Positions 27,465 to 37,706 of a stretch of DNA of 55,887 bases are shown one piece after another (the stretch's first letter is position 1; each line of letters begins with the position of its first letter). The DNA lies in the IMG/VR virus record IMGVR_UViG_3300032360_000008, positions 1 to 55,887 of that record. One strand, 5' to 3'. The notes beneath the pieces are model-generated. The model saw only the letters and a program-made list of their open reading frames with translations. It made no database searches and had not been told where the DNA came from. This stretch comes from a virus. Taxonomy: Duplodnaviria > Caudoviricetes. Position numbers and translations under genes: made by a program.

Positions 27465-28525
27465 CCATATCTTATCACTCTGGTGAGAGGATTCAAGGAA
27501 CTAGTACAGATTTCGCACCTATTCCAGCTATTTCAGGTGGTTGGAAGGAAGTAGGAAGAACTACACTTGGAAGTGCAAGTAGTACAATAACAGTTTCAAT
27601 TTCATCTCCCAAACAATACTATATGGTGTTGTGTCCAATAAAAGCAGATGCATCAGGTGGAACAGATTCTAATTGGAGATTCAACGGAGATACTAGTACC
27701 AATTATGCTTGGAGTTTTTACTATCAAGGTCAGACAAATGATTACGGTACAGGAAGCCAAACCAAGATATACGATAATGGTTCAGGGGGTAGCAGGTTTC
27801 AATTTGCAGTAATGTATATTGCCAACACATCTGGAAAAAGAAAACTTACGATTACAAAAAATGCAATCAACTGGACATCTGGAACAACTGGAGAAGTAGG
27901 TAGAAAGAACATATACGGAAAATGGGATAACGCAAATGATGCAATAAATTCTATTCAACTTTATTTTTCAGACGGTGGAGCTCAATCAGGAGATGAGGTA
28001 GTCGTACTTGGCTGGGATGAAGACGATACTCATACAGATAACTTTTGGGAGGAATTAGCAAGTGTTACAGCAACAGGTTCAACTACTTCATTTAATTCTG
28101 GAACATTCACAGCAAAGAAATACTTATGGGTTCAAGGATATTTTACAAGCTCAGGTGCTTTTACTCCACAAATTAGAGTTGGTAATAATACCATAGATTC
28201 TAGTGGTAATTATGTAGGTAGGAGAAGTTATGATGGTGGTTCAGATGTTCTTACAACACAACAAACTGAAATTACTTTAGACGGAGTAGGACAATCTACA
28301 CCTGTTTTCTTTAATGGGTTTATTGTAAATAGAGCTTCAGATGAGAAACTAGCTATATTTAATTGTGTTAAACAAAATACAGCAGGAGCAGGTAATGCAC
28401 CACACAGAAGGGAAACTGTTTTTAAATGGGTAGACACAACTAATCAGATTAATATTATTGAATTTCTAGCATCAACAGGTAATATTGGTTCTACTGGAAC
28501 AATGAAAATATGGGGGCATGACTAA
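27461..28525 (+). CDS. Receptor-binding/fibre-head protein with two tandem beta-sandwich domains
   Basis: Two W(K/E)E...T.....RFN.D...NY...KW......I..I units. Paralog of 33552..34670. Confidence 0.75.
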   Translation: MTISYHSGERIQGTSTDFAPIPAISGGWKEVGRTTLGSASSTITVSISSPKQYYMVLCPIKADASGGTDSNWRFNGDTSTNYAWSFYYQGQTNDYGTGSQTKIYDNGSGGSRFQFAVMYIANTSGKRKLTITKNAINWTSGTTGEVGRKNIYGKWDNANDAINSIQLYFSDGGAQSGDEVVVLGWDEDDTHTDNFWEELASVTATGSTTSFNSGTFTAKKYLWVQGYFTSSGAFTPQIRVGNNTIDSSGNYVGRRSYDGGSDVLTTQQTEITLDGVGQSTPVFFNGFIVNRASDEKLAIFNCVKQNTAGAGNAPHRRETVFKWVDTTNQINIIEFLASTGNIGSTGTMKIWGHD

Positions 28526-30012
28526 TGGTCTGGGGAAAGGCAGGTAGTACAACCTTGACAGCAGGTGGAAATGCCATGACGGTTTCATCATTACCAAACA
28601 GCGTTTTTGGTATGGCACTTGGTAAACATACAGCAGGGGGAACTGATATCAAACTAAACGGAGATACTGATTCAAACTATGCAGTAAGACGTAATGTAAA
28701 TGGTTCAAGTTCGGAAAACTACAACACAAATGTCTCAGATGCATACATTACAGACTCAAGAGGTTATCCTCACTTTAATGTCACATATCTCTGTAATATT
28801 TCAGGTGAAGAAAAACTATGGATTAATCATAATGTACATGAAAGTTCAGGTGGAGCAAGTGTAGCAACAACAAGAGAGGAGGCTGTGGGAAAATGGACAG
28901 GAACAGGTGTAGTAACTTCATTTGAATATCATAATTGGGCTGGTAGCACTTATGCTTCTGGAGATAATGTTTCAGTATTAGGTGATGGTGTAACTCCAGC
29001 AGAAGCAATACCATTTGGTTCAGCAGTAAGTGACGTACCAGATTACACCAGAGCCGAGATAACAGATACTAGGAGGATGTATACTAAATACCCAGAAGGA
29101 TGGTTTGTACTTGGTACTGTATATGTTCCACCACCACCAAAAAGAGGTATATGGGGTGGAGGTTATACTTCAGCATGGGGTAGTTCAAACGCTATGTATT
29201 ATGTTACCATATCCACAACAGCAAACGCAACTGACTTTGGAGATTTAACCGTAGCAAGACCAAGTTGTGCAGGAGTTGGTTCTGATACAAGAGGGTGTTT
29301 CGCAGGTGGTGAGAGTTATTCAGATGTTATAGATTATATCACTATACAAACAACAGGTAACGCAACTGATTTCGGAAACTTGTCAGTTGGTAGACAGGAA
29401 CTAGCAGGAACTTCAGATTCAACCAGAGGGTTATTCATGGGTGGTAATGCTAGTGGAACAAGTAATGATAATGTTATAGACTATATTACAATGGCAACAA
29501 CTGGAAATGCTACAAACTTTGGTGATACAACAACAACACCAAGATATAATTCAGGAGCTTGTGCTAGTTCAACAAGAGCAATTCTTTTTGGAGGACAAGC
29601 TGCTAGCCCTGTTGATATTATTGACTATGTAACTATACAAACTACAGGAAATGCCACAGATTTCGGAAACTTGTCAGTTGGAAGGATGCAAGGAGGAGCA
29701 GTTTCAGATGCAACCAGAGGAGTGTATATGGGTGGATTTAATGCAGCAGTTGCTATGGTGAATACTATTGATTATGTAACTATCTCCACTACAGGTAACG
29801 CAACGGACTTTGGAGATTTATCATCAGCATCAGGAAGTATGTCTGCCACAGGTGATTCTACTAGAGGAGTATTTGGTTCTCATAGGGATAATGTTGGATT
29901 TACAGCAGCTATGGGTTATATCACTATCGCTACAACAGGTAACGCAACATCTTTTGGAGATGCATCTACTACTACTGCATATAATGGAGCATTAAGTGAT
30001 TATGTCAAATAA
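28525..30012 (+). CDS. Fibre-head domain plus six-bladed Kelch-like propeller (GNATDFGDL repeats)
   Basis: One beta-sandwich unit followed by six RG.F.GG...IDY.TI.T.GNATDFG.L repeats. Confidence 0.8.
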   Translation: MVWGKAGSTTLTAGGNAMTVSSLPNSVFGMALGKHTAGGTDIKLNGDTDSNYAVRRNVNGSSSENYNTNVSDAYITDSRGYPHFNVTYLCNISGEEKLWINHNVHESSGGASVATTREEAVGKWTGTGVVTSFEYHNWAGSTYASGDNVSVLGDGVTPAEAIPFGSAVSDVPDYTRAEITDTRRMYTKYPEGWFVLGTVYVPPPPKRGIWGGGYTSAWGSSNAMYYVTISTTANATDFGDLTVARPSCAGVGSDTRGCFAGGESYSDVIDYITIQTTGNATDFGNLSVGRQELAGTSDSTRGLFMGGNASGTSNDNVIDYITMATTGNATNFGDTTTTPRYNSGACASSTRAILFGGQAASPVDIIDYVTIQTTGNATDFGNLSVGRMQGGAVSDATRGVYMGGFNAAVAMVNTIDYVTISTTGNATDFGDLSSASGSMSATGDSTRGVFGSHRDNVGFTAAMGYITIATTGNATSFGDASTTTAYNGALSDYVK

Positions 30013-30056
30013 CATTATAACTTTATTAAATAATATGTGGGGAAATATATAGAGAT

Positions 30057-32516
30057 ATGACCATCAAATATTTAGATTCAAAGAGGATTAGTGGATTAAT
30101 TGGTACTGCAAGTTTACAAGAATCATTTGGCACAGGTAGCTCAGGTAGTGGCAATACTGAATTTAATACACCAAGAGGTGTTGCTGTTGACTCTAGTGGT
30201 AATGTACACGTTATAGATACATATAATCATAGAGTTCAAAAGTTTAACTCAGCAGGAACATATCAATCTACAATAGGAACAGGTAACTCAGGTACAGGTA
30301 ACACCGAACTTAATTATCCAAGTGGAATTGCTGTTGATTCAAGTGGTAACGTGTATGTTGCAGACACTAACAACCATAGAGTTCAAAAGTTTAACTCATC
30401 AGGAACATATCAATCAACTCTTGGTACAGGAAGTGCAGGAAGTGGCAATACTGAACTTAATAATCCAGAAGGGGTATCTGTTGATTCAAGTGGTAACATA
30501 TATGTTGCAGATTCAGAGAATGATAGAGTTCAAAAGTTTAACTCAGCAGGAACTTATCAATCTACATTCGGAACAGGAAGTGAAGGAACAGGTAATACAC
30601 AATTCAATTACCCAAGTGGAGTAGATACTGACTCTAGTGGTAATGTGTATGTTGCAGATAAAAATAATCACAGAGTTCAAAAGTTTAATTCTAGTGGAAC
30701 ACACTTACAAACATTTGGAACTAATGGAAGTGCAGGAAGTTCTAATTCTCAATTCAATTACCCATTTGGAGTTGTTGTTGATTCTAGTGGAGAGGTATAT
30801 GTTGCAGATAAAAATAACCACAGAGTACAAAGATTTGACTCTAGTGGAACATACTTACAAACATACGGAACAGGTAGCTCAGGCAGTTCTGACTCTCAAT
30901 TTTCTAGTCCACATGGGGTAGATGTTGACTCTAGTAGTAATGTATATGTTGCAGATACGAATAATCATAGAATACAAAAGTTTAATGCTTCTGATACTAA
31001 ACCAACTGACGTACAAGACAACTCCATCTTTGTAGAAACTGATACTGCTAAGAGATATTGGTTTAGTCCACAAACAGGAACAACAGAAGCAGTTTACACA
31101 TACACAACAACACCATCAACTTCAAACAAACTTACAGGAACACCAACAGGATATTCTGCTGATGCGTGTGGTGTAGAATTAGTATCAACAGCAAATAATG
31201 GTAAATATATCAAAGTAGGGAAATGGCAATTAAAAAGAGTTGGAACACTTGGTTCTAGTGCTTACATGAAAGTTGAGGATTCAGCAGGAGTTCTCAAGGG
31301 AACAAGTGCAGGAGTTACAGCTTCAACCATAGGAACATCATTTGAGTGGGTAACATTCACACTTCCTACTGCTGTTTCATTGGCAAATGGGGATAGAGTT
31401 TACATTGAATATCTTGGAACAGACACATCAGGAGATTATTTGGCTATTGGAGAGAAACACCCTAGTACAACACCAACTGGATTTGAATTTACAGTTTATA
31501 ATGTTCGAGATATTAATGGTAATAACCCATCAGGTGCTTGGACAGATGATGGATTGCCAACTGCACTTGTTCCTGTTGCTGTATTTGATTCAGTACCAGC
31601 TACTATTACATTACCTGCTACTTGGACTAGAGGATATTTTGATGCTAGAGGAGTATTTTGTGGTGGATATAATGGTTCTAATGTAGATGTAATTGATTAT
31701 ATTACAATATCAACTTTAGGTAATGCTACTGACTTTGGGGATATGTCAGTAAGTAGGAGATCATTAGGTTCAGTTGCAAATGATACTAGAGGTGTATTTT
31801 GTGGTGGATATGATACAGGTTATTCTAACGTTATGGATTATATCACAATAGCCACCACATCAAATTCTGTAGACTTTGGAAATAGTACAACATCATATCG
31901 TTCTGGTGTTGTTGGTGCAGGTAGTGATACTAGAGGTTTGTTTGCAGGTGGAGAAAGTCCTAAAGTAAATATAATAGATTATATTACTATCGCAACTTTG
32001 GGTAACGCTACAGACTTTGGTAACTTGACAGTTGCAAGAAAAGGTGGTGGAGCAACTAGCGATAAAACTAAAGCTGTATTTTTGGGTGGAGAAAGTGGAG
32101 AAACTACTATGGACTATGTAACTATTGCAACACTAGCTAATGCTGTAAGCTTTGGAACTATGTCAGCAGGTTCTTATGGAGGACATTGTGGAACTATATC
32201 AAATGGAACTAGAGGTGTATTTGCAATAGGTGGAAGTACTGCATCAGGTGGTTATAATAATACTATAATATATATTACTATTGCAACACCAGCTAATGCT
32301 ACCGACTTTGGAGATTTGACACAAGGAAGGGCAGATGGTGGTCAAGCTGGAGATTCTACTAGAGGTGTATTTGGAGGTGGTAAAACTTCTAGTGGTTCAT
32401 CTAATGTTGCTACAACAATAGATTATATCACAATAGCAACTTTAGGTAACGCAACTGACTTTGGAGATTTGACAGCAGCTAGAAATTCAACAACAGGATT
32501 GAGTGACGGTCAATGA
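30057..32516 (+). CDS. Multi-propeller adhesin: six NHL repeats, a beta-sandwich and six Kelch-like repeats
   Basis: Six P.G(V/I).VDSSG.VYVAD..NHRVQKF repeats of about 47 aa and six GNATDFG-type repeats. Confidence 0.85.
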   Translation: MTIKYLDSKRISGLIGTASLQESFGTGSSGSGNTEFNTPRGVAVDSSGNVHVIDTYNHRVQKFNSAGTYQSTIGTGNSGTGNTELNYPSGIAVDSSGNVYVADTNNHRVQKFNSSGTYQSTLGTGSAGSGNTELNNPEGVSVDSSGNIYVADSENDRVQKFNSAGTYQSTFGTGSEGTGNTQFNYPSGVDTDSSGNVYVADKNNHRVQKFNSSGTHLQTFGTNGSAGSSNSQFNYPFGVVVDSSGEVYVADKNNHRVQRFDSSGTYLQTYGTGSSGSSDSQFSSPHGVDVDSSSNVYVADTNNHRIQKFNASDTKPTDVQDNSIFVETDTAKRYWFSPQTGTTEAVYTYTTTPSTSNKLTGTPTGYSADACGVELVSTANNGKYIKVGKWQLKRVGTLGSSAYMKVEDSAGVLKGTSAGVTASTIGTSFEWVTFTLPTAVSLANGDRVYIEYLGTDTSGDYLAIGEKHPSTTPTGFEFTVYNVRDINGNNPSGAWTDDGLPTALVPVAVFDSVPATITLPATWTRGYFDARGVFCGGYNGSNVDVIDYITISTLGNATDFGDMSVSRRSLGSVANDTRGVFCGGYDTGYSNVMDYITIATTSNSVDFGNSTTSYRSGVVGAGSDTRGLFAGGESPKVNIIDYITIATLGNATDFGNLTVARKGGGATSDKTKAVFLGGESGETTMDYVTIATLANAVSFGTMSAGSYGGHCGTISNGTRGVFAIGGSTASGGYNNTIIYITIATPANATDFGDLTQGRADGGQAGDSTRGVFGGGKTSSGSSNVATTIDYITIATLGNATDFGDLTAARNSTTGLSDGQ

Positions 32517-33304
32517 CAGATATAGAAATATTCAATCAGGTAACAGAGATTGCTACACTTGATAAAAAACAAATTGCAAAGATTAAAGCAAGACTTCCAG
32601 AGTATAAGAGGGGTAGTAGTATAATTGGTCACTCTACATCACAATCCAGTTACTCCCTACAAACTATGCAGATGATTAGTGACTCACCATTATCCAGAAT
32701 GAAACAATGTCTTGCACAGATAGATAAAAAGTATAAAGCCATACAAGAGGCATACTATAAAATTGAAAAGAAAAAACTAACTGTAGAGAGATTATCCAAA
32801 TTAACTGATAAACATTCTAGACTAACCGTTGATGAATATTCCTCACAAATTGAATCTATCACAATATCCATGAACACATCACTTAGGGAAATAGGTATGT
32901 TCCAAGATATGTATGATTCCATAAAAAAGAATAACAACATACCAGACAACTGGAATGAGAAAGACTTTGAGAAACAAGAGATTGCAAACATGGTTCGTTC
33001 ATCATTTCGTATAGCAATACAAGACCTATCAGCAGGTGGAAGGGTATCAAAAGCTGCTGTAGAATATTGGGAGCAACTTGGAATACACCCACAATTAGCA
33101 GAGACAAGAACAAGGTCATATCTAGTATTAATACAGGAAAAAATTAATAGCTCAGCAAAGGTAACTATAAGAGATATGTATCAATTCCTAGATGAAATGG
33201 CAGATGAGTTTAAAGATTCACACCAAGATGCTCTATCCAGAATAGGACTAGATGAGTTAGGAAGTGAAGGATTTATGGCAAAAGGAGTAACGAAGCCACA
33301 ATGA
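32513..33304 (+). CDS. Helical/coiled-coil protein in the fibre cluster (possible chaperone)
   Basis: 263 aa, charged and helical. ATGA-coupled to the adhesin gene. Confidence 0.65.
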   Translation: MTDIEIFNQVTEIATLDKKQIAKIKARLPEYKRGSSIIGHSTSQSSYSLQTMQMISDSPLSRMKQCLAQIDKKYKAIQEAYYKIEKKKLTVERLSKLTDKHSRLTVDEYSSQIESITISMNTSLREIGMFQDMYDSIKKNNNIPDNWNEKDFEKQEIANMVRSSFRIAIQDLSAGGRVSKAAVEYWEQLGIHPQLAETRTRSYLVLIQEKINSSAKVTIRDMYQFLDEMADEFKDSHQDALSRIGLDELGSEGFMAKGVTKPQ

Positions 33305-33558
33305 GCCAAGAATACTATGACCACTTAAACGAGGGGGAGAAATACTCATGTGACAAGTGCCAAGTAGTAAACCTATCTGCTATAGAATATGACTCATATA
33401 TCGTCAATCATTATCACTACTGTGAGCCATGTTGGAACTATGTTCATCTTAAAAAGGGAACTTGTGATTCATGTGGTAGTACCATGACCAACAGGAACGA
33501 GTACGCTAGTATCTTTATAACTTGTGGATGTGGAAAAGAGGTAGAGTTAAAATGGTAG
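33301..33558 (+). CDS. Zinc-finger protein
   Basis: CDKC, CEPC, CDSC and CGCG. Confidence 0.7.
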   Translation: MSQEYYDHLNEGEKYSCDKCQVVNLSAIEYDSYIVNHYHYCEPCWNYVHLKKGTCDSCGSTMTNRNEYASIFITCGCGKEVELKW

Positions 33559-34670
33559 ATTGGCTAGCTGGTAATAGGGTAAGAGGAACAAGTACTGAAC
33601 GTACCACATCTACAGGATTCAATACTGGAGCTCCATATACAGGAACAGGTGGCTGGAAAGAATACAGTAGACATACATTAGGAAGCAACACAGCACCAAT
33701 TACAGTTTCCAGCATACCTGATAAGAGATATTATATGGTGTTAAAATCATGGTCAGGAAACACAGGGCTTTATGAGAGATTTAACAATGATAGTGGCAGT
33801 AATTATTCGGGAAGGCGTTCTCAAAATGGTGGAAGTTTATGGAATTCAACATCAGAAACAGGTATGCCTTGGGGTAATTCTGGATATGTATCTGGAGATA
33901 ATTTTTCAGTTGAATATATTGCAAATCTTGCAGGAGAGCCAAAACCTGTTATTCGTGATTGGGTTATACAAGAAGGTGGAACAGGTAATAATTCACCATC
34001 AAGAGTAAAGGTTGTAAACAAATATGATGATGGCAGTACAAATCCAGTAATAAATAGAATGGATATGACAGTTGGAAGTGGTTCATTAAATTCAGGTTCT
34101 GAGATGGTCGTGCTTTATTGGGATGAAGACGATACGCATACTGATAATTTCTGGGAGGAATTGGCAAGTGTAGAATTATCAAGTGCAAACGATTTAATTG
34201 ATTCAGGAACATTCACAGCAAAGAAATATTTGTGGATTCAGATTTATAATTCTGCAAAACCTAGTGGTGGAAATAGTTATGTTTACTATAACAATGTTAC
34301 AACAGGTCAAGAACACGCAGGTAGAAGCAATACCAATGGTAAAAATCCTGCAACAAATAGTGCAGGTTCTGACTATCAATTAACAGGTAGTAATGGTTCA
34401 ATCATTAACCATGATATATCTGGAAGTGGTTCAGTAACAGGATTATATACAAATATGTTTGTGATTAACACAACATCAAAGGAAAAATTCTCAATAGTAT
34501 ATTCTGCTTCGGGGTGGACAACTAGTCAATCTGTTGCACCTGCAAGATTTGAATGTGTCAATAAATGGACTAACACATCTGACCAAATAACTAGCGTTCA
34601 ATGTGGATCAGTAGGCACATCTAACTATATGGGAGCAGATTCATTCATCAAAGTGTGGGGTTCTGACTAA
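33552..34670 (+). CDS. Receptor-binding/fibre-head protein, paralog of 27461..28525
   Basis: Shares GGWKE..R.TLGS, WDEDDTHTDNFWEELASV, SGTFTAKKYLW and K.WG.D*. Start taken at MVDWLAG. Confidence 0.75.
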   Translation: MVDWLAGNRVRGTSTERTTSTGFNTGAPYTGTGGWKEYSRHTLGSNTAPITVSSIPDKRYYMVLKSWSGNTGLYERFNNDSGSNYSGRRSQNGGSLWNSTSETGMPWGNSGYVSGDNFSVEYIANLAGEPKPVIRDWVIQEGGTGNNSPSRVKVVNKYDDGSTNPVINRMDMTVGSGSLNSGSEMVVLYWDEDDTHTDNFWEELASVELSSANDLIDSGTFTAKKYLWIQIYNSAKPSGGNSYVYYNNVTTGQEHAGRSNTNGKNPATNSAGSDYQLTGSNGSIINHDISGSGSVTGLYTNMFVINTTSKEKFSIVYSASGWTTSQSVAPARFECVNKWTNTSDQITSVQCGSVGTSNYMGADSFIKVWGSD

Positions 34671-35254
34671 TGCCTTGGGGAAAATTAGGAAGTACAACAT
34701 TGGGAAGTGCTGGTGATGATTGTGATATTACATCATTTACTGCAAGTAAGTTTGATTTTTTTATGTTTCATAAGATATTGTCAGGTAGTAATGCCGAGTC
34801 AACTTGTACATTAAATGATAATGGTTATCCTGTATATTCTAGGGAAGGTTCAGATAACTTTGGTACTGACTTTACATCAAGTGGTTCAAATTGGAACTTG
34901 CAAAGATTGGACACAGGAGATGAATTTATGGTTGTATATTTGTGTTCACCTACAGGTGATACTAAACTAGGTATTCATGCAAACTGTTCAGTTAAACCAA
35001 TAACACACGCACCTGAAATAAAACAACAGGCTCTAAAATTTACCCCAAGTCCAGATGTAACTGTTACACGAATTGACTTCCATAATTCCAATGCTAGTGG
35101 AGATTATGATACAGGAACAAATGTATCAGCATTAGGTTCAGAAGGACAAACACCATCATCTGCAAAAATACAAGACGGACTAATCTTTGAGGAGACTGAC
35201 ACTAACAAGCATTATATTTATACTGCTTCAACTGACACATGGACAGAGTTGTGA
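34670..35254 (+). CDS. Single fibre-head domain protein, paralog of the 28525 N-terminus
   Basis: M.WGK.GSTTL..AG and G.NVS.LG. C-terminal IQDGLIFEETDTNKHYIY. Confidence 0.75.
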   Translation: MPWGKLGSTTLGSAGDDCDITSFTASKFDFFMFHKILSGSNAESTCTLNDNGYPVYSREGSDNFGTDFTSSGSNWNLQRLDTGDEFMVVYLCSPTGDTKLGIHANCSVKPITHAPEIKQQALKFTPSPDVTVTRIDFHNSNASGDYDTGTNVSALGSEGQTPSSAKIQDGLIFEETDTNKHYIYTASTDTWTEL

Positions 35255-35260
35255 CCTTAA

Positions 35261-37009
35261 ATGGTTCAAAATTATTTAACTATAGAAGATAATTCTACAC
35301 AATTAACAATAGAAGATAACACTACAGGTCTATATATCAATGATACAATAATTAAAGAGTTAATATTCAAGCACGGTGTTATTGGCTCTGTTATTAATCA
35401 AAATGTATTAAAACACAATATAAATTTGCTTGTTGCTAAAGCAATAGAATATCTTACAATAGAAGATAATTTAACCCAATTAACAATAGAGGACAATGCA
35501 ACTGGATTGACAGTAAGAAACAATGGGGATACGTTAAAACACAATATAAATTCAAGTGCAGAAAAATTAGATGTATTAAAACACAACTTGAGAAGTGCAA
35601 TTACTAATGAAAATATATTAAAACATAACTTAATTGAAAAGATAATCAACACGGTATTGGCAAAACATAATATTGATACAAATGTGGTAAAGCCAAATAT
35701 ATTAAAGCACAATATAAGAGCAGAAATAGTAAAGCCAAATATATTAAAACACAATATAAGAGCAGAAATAGTAAACCTAGATATATTGAAACATCAGGTT
35801 ATAGCAAAGGTAATTGTTTCTGATATATTAAAACATCAGGTCATAGAGGCTATCATAAAAGATATTGGTCTAAAGCATAACATTAGAAAGTTTATGAGAG
35901 TTAGTAAGACATTAAAACACTACAACTATGGTGTAGCAGTAAAGTTTAATATTTTGAAACACAATTTAGTTCAAAAGATTATTCCTATAACAAGTTTCAA
36001 GCACAATATACGAACCCTTGTTGCTAAAACTATTGAATATCTTACGATAGAAGACAACTCTACCAGATTGACAATAGAGGATAACACCACAGGAATAGAA
36101 ATAAGCAACAATGCAGACACATTAAAGCACAATATAAGAGGTGCAATAGTAAAACCAAATATATTAAAACACAACTTGAGAAGTGCAACTGTAAACAATA
36201 TTATATTAAAACACACTATAATAGAAAAGATAATCAACTCTGCCATATTAAAACACCAGATCATAGAGGGTATAATTAACTCCAATATATTGAAGCACGA
36301 TATACGAGCCAAGATCATAAACTCAATCATATTAAAACACAGCATGGGTGGAATGGTTATTGTCAGCAGTATATTAAAACATCAGGTTATAGAGGCAATT
36401 ACCAAATCCACAGTAGCCAAACACAACTTGAGAAAGTTTATCGCTGTGAACACAATATTCAAACATTGGTTGTACAACGGTGTAATCAAAGATGTAATTT
36501 TGAAACATAATCTTGGGGGTAAGGTTGTTGTAGATTATATATTGAAACACGACATAAGAGGAATACTCGTAAGTAACCATATATTAAGCCACAACATAAA
36601 CAAGTTTACTTCTAACTTTACAGTTGCTAAACACAACATCAACTTTGGTCTTACTAACAATATAATATTGAAACATAGTGTTATAGCACCATCAAGGGCT
36701 TTCCATATATTGAAGCACGATATACGAGGAATCCTTGTAAATGTAACATCACTTAAACACAATATAAGAGGCACACTTGTAAATACACTTGTACTCAAAC
36801 ATAACATAGTAGGTTCAATTATAAACAACGCTGTATTAAAACACGGTATTACAAGTGCAATATCTATTGCTAAAATACTCAAGCACAATGTAGGTGAAAA
36901 GTTTGCCATGTTGATTCAGAAACGAACTCTAAAACTAAACGATGCAACAAAGTCAATAAACCTTAATAGTGACGAGGGCGATTCAACAAGTGAGGGAAAT
37001 AATACATGA
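35261..37009 (+). CDS. 14-aa (L)KH repeat fibrous protein
   Basis: 33 KH/SH repeats at 14-aa period, with three YLTIEDNxTxLTIEDNxTG modules. Confidence 0.8.
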   Translation: MVQNYLTIEDNSTQLTIEDNTTGLYINDTIIKELIFKHGVIGSVINQNVLKHNINLLVAKAIEYLTIEDNLTQLTIEDNATGLTVRNNGDTLKHNINSSAEKLDVLKHNLRSAITNENILKHNLIEKIINTVLAKHNIDTNVVKPNILKHNIRAEIVKPNILKHNIRAEIVNLDILKHQVIAKVIVSDILKHQVIEAIIKDIGLKHNIRKFMRVSKTLKHYNYGVAVKFNILKHNLVQKIIPITSFKHNIRTLVAKTIEYLTIEDNSTRLTIEDNTTGIEISNNADTLKHNIRGAIVKPNILKHNLRSATVNNIILKHTIIEKIINSAILKHQIIEGIINSNILKHDIRAKIINSIILKHSMGGMVIVSSILKHQVIEAITKSTVAKHNLRKFIAVNTIFKHWLYNGVIKDVILKHNLGGKVVVDYILKHDIRGILVSNHILSHNINKFTSNFTVAKHNINFGLTNNIILKHSVIAPSRAFHILKHDIRGILVNVTSLKHNIRGTLVNTLVLKHNIVGSIINNAVLKHGITSAISIAKILKHNVGEKFAMLIQKRTLKLNDATKSINLNSDEGDSTSEGNNT

Positions 37010-37365
37010 GTACAAGAAGACAAGATTTCGGGGTAACCTTTACGGTAAACGTAGGAACTACAAAGTCACTACAACTCACTATATTAGATCCTGATACAGG
37101 TCTTGCAAAGGATCTTTCTAGTACAACATTATATGCTTCTTCAACGGTAAAAATATACAAGCCTGATGGAACACAGATAGGTGCTACAATAAATGCAACC
37201 TTTAGTGACAGGGCAAACGGTATCATGTTGTTTACAATTTCAGGAAGTAGTCAAGGAACATTAGCAAATGCAGGTAACTGGATTGGGGAAATTGAATTTG
37301 TTAATAACGCAGGAGCAACAATAGACCAACAACAATTTGGTATAGACATCAAACAAAGTTTCTAA
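37006..37365 (+). CDS. BppU N-terminal-like baseplate/fibre attachment protein
   Basis: LQLTILD..TG...DL, IYKPDGT, D..NG...FT and AG.W.GEIEF. Confidence 0.65.
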   Translation: MSTRRQDFGVTFTVNVGTTKSLQLTILDPDTGLAKDLSSTTLYASSTVKIYKPDGTQIGATINATFSDRANGIMLFTISGSSQGTLANAGNWIGEIEFVNNAGATIDQQQFGIDIKQSF

Positions 37366-37397
37366 ACACTTATATTATCATTTATTTATTATTTAAT

Positions 37398-37706
37398 ATG
37401 TCAGATATTTCTACACGGGAACACAAGCACATACAAATGACAAAGGCAACATTCCATTCTGAAACCTTAGCACCAATTAAAACAAATGGAATAGCAGGTA
37501 AGCCAAGATTCTCTGTAGAGCCTTTGATATATATCGCTGGTGTCGGTTGGGAGATTGTTGATCCTATGGCAAGTGGCAACGAGTTTATGATAGCATTTTA
37601 TAACTATGTAAGAATTAAGGAACTAATGGGGTATGAGCATACAGGTCATACTTCTGCTGAGATAAAAACAACATTGGAAAATATGTGGGGAGAAAAGATT
37701 GAATGA
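37398..37706 (+). CDS. Hypothetical protein
   Basis: 102-aa ORF with an upstream TATA. First gene of the replication/modification operon. Confidence 0.65.
   Translation: MSDISTREHKHIQMTKATFHSETLAPIKTNGIAGKPRFSVEPLIYIAGVGWEIVDPMASGNEFMIAFYNYVRIKELMGYEHTGHTSAEIKTTLENMWGEKIE

Noticed and set aside
28515-28530. Frameshift fusion at the TGACTAATG junctions (also at 34670)
   Set aside because: The downstream frame has TGA two codons before its ATG and there is no slippery heptamer. Translational coupling is the simpler explanation.
27461-35254. Diversity-generating retroelement acting on fibre genes
   Set aside because: There is no reverse transcriptase in the window, and paralogous segments differ mainly at synonymous positions rather than only at adenines.
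35400-36900. CRISPR-like periodic repeats and antisense ORFs
   Set aside because: The 42-nt period is the coding repeat of the KH protein. The antisense ORFs (35398, 35971, 36535) are shadows of it.
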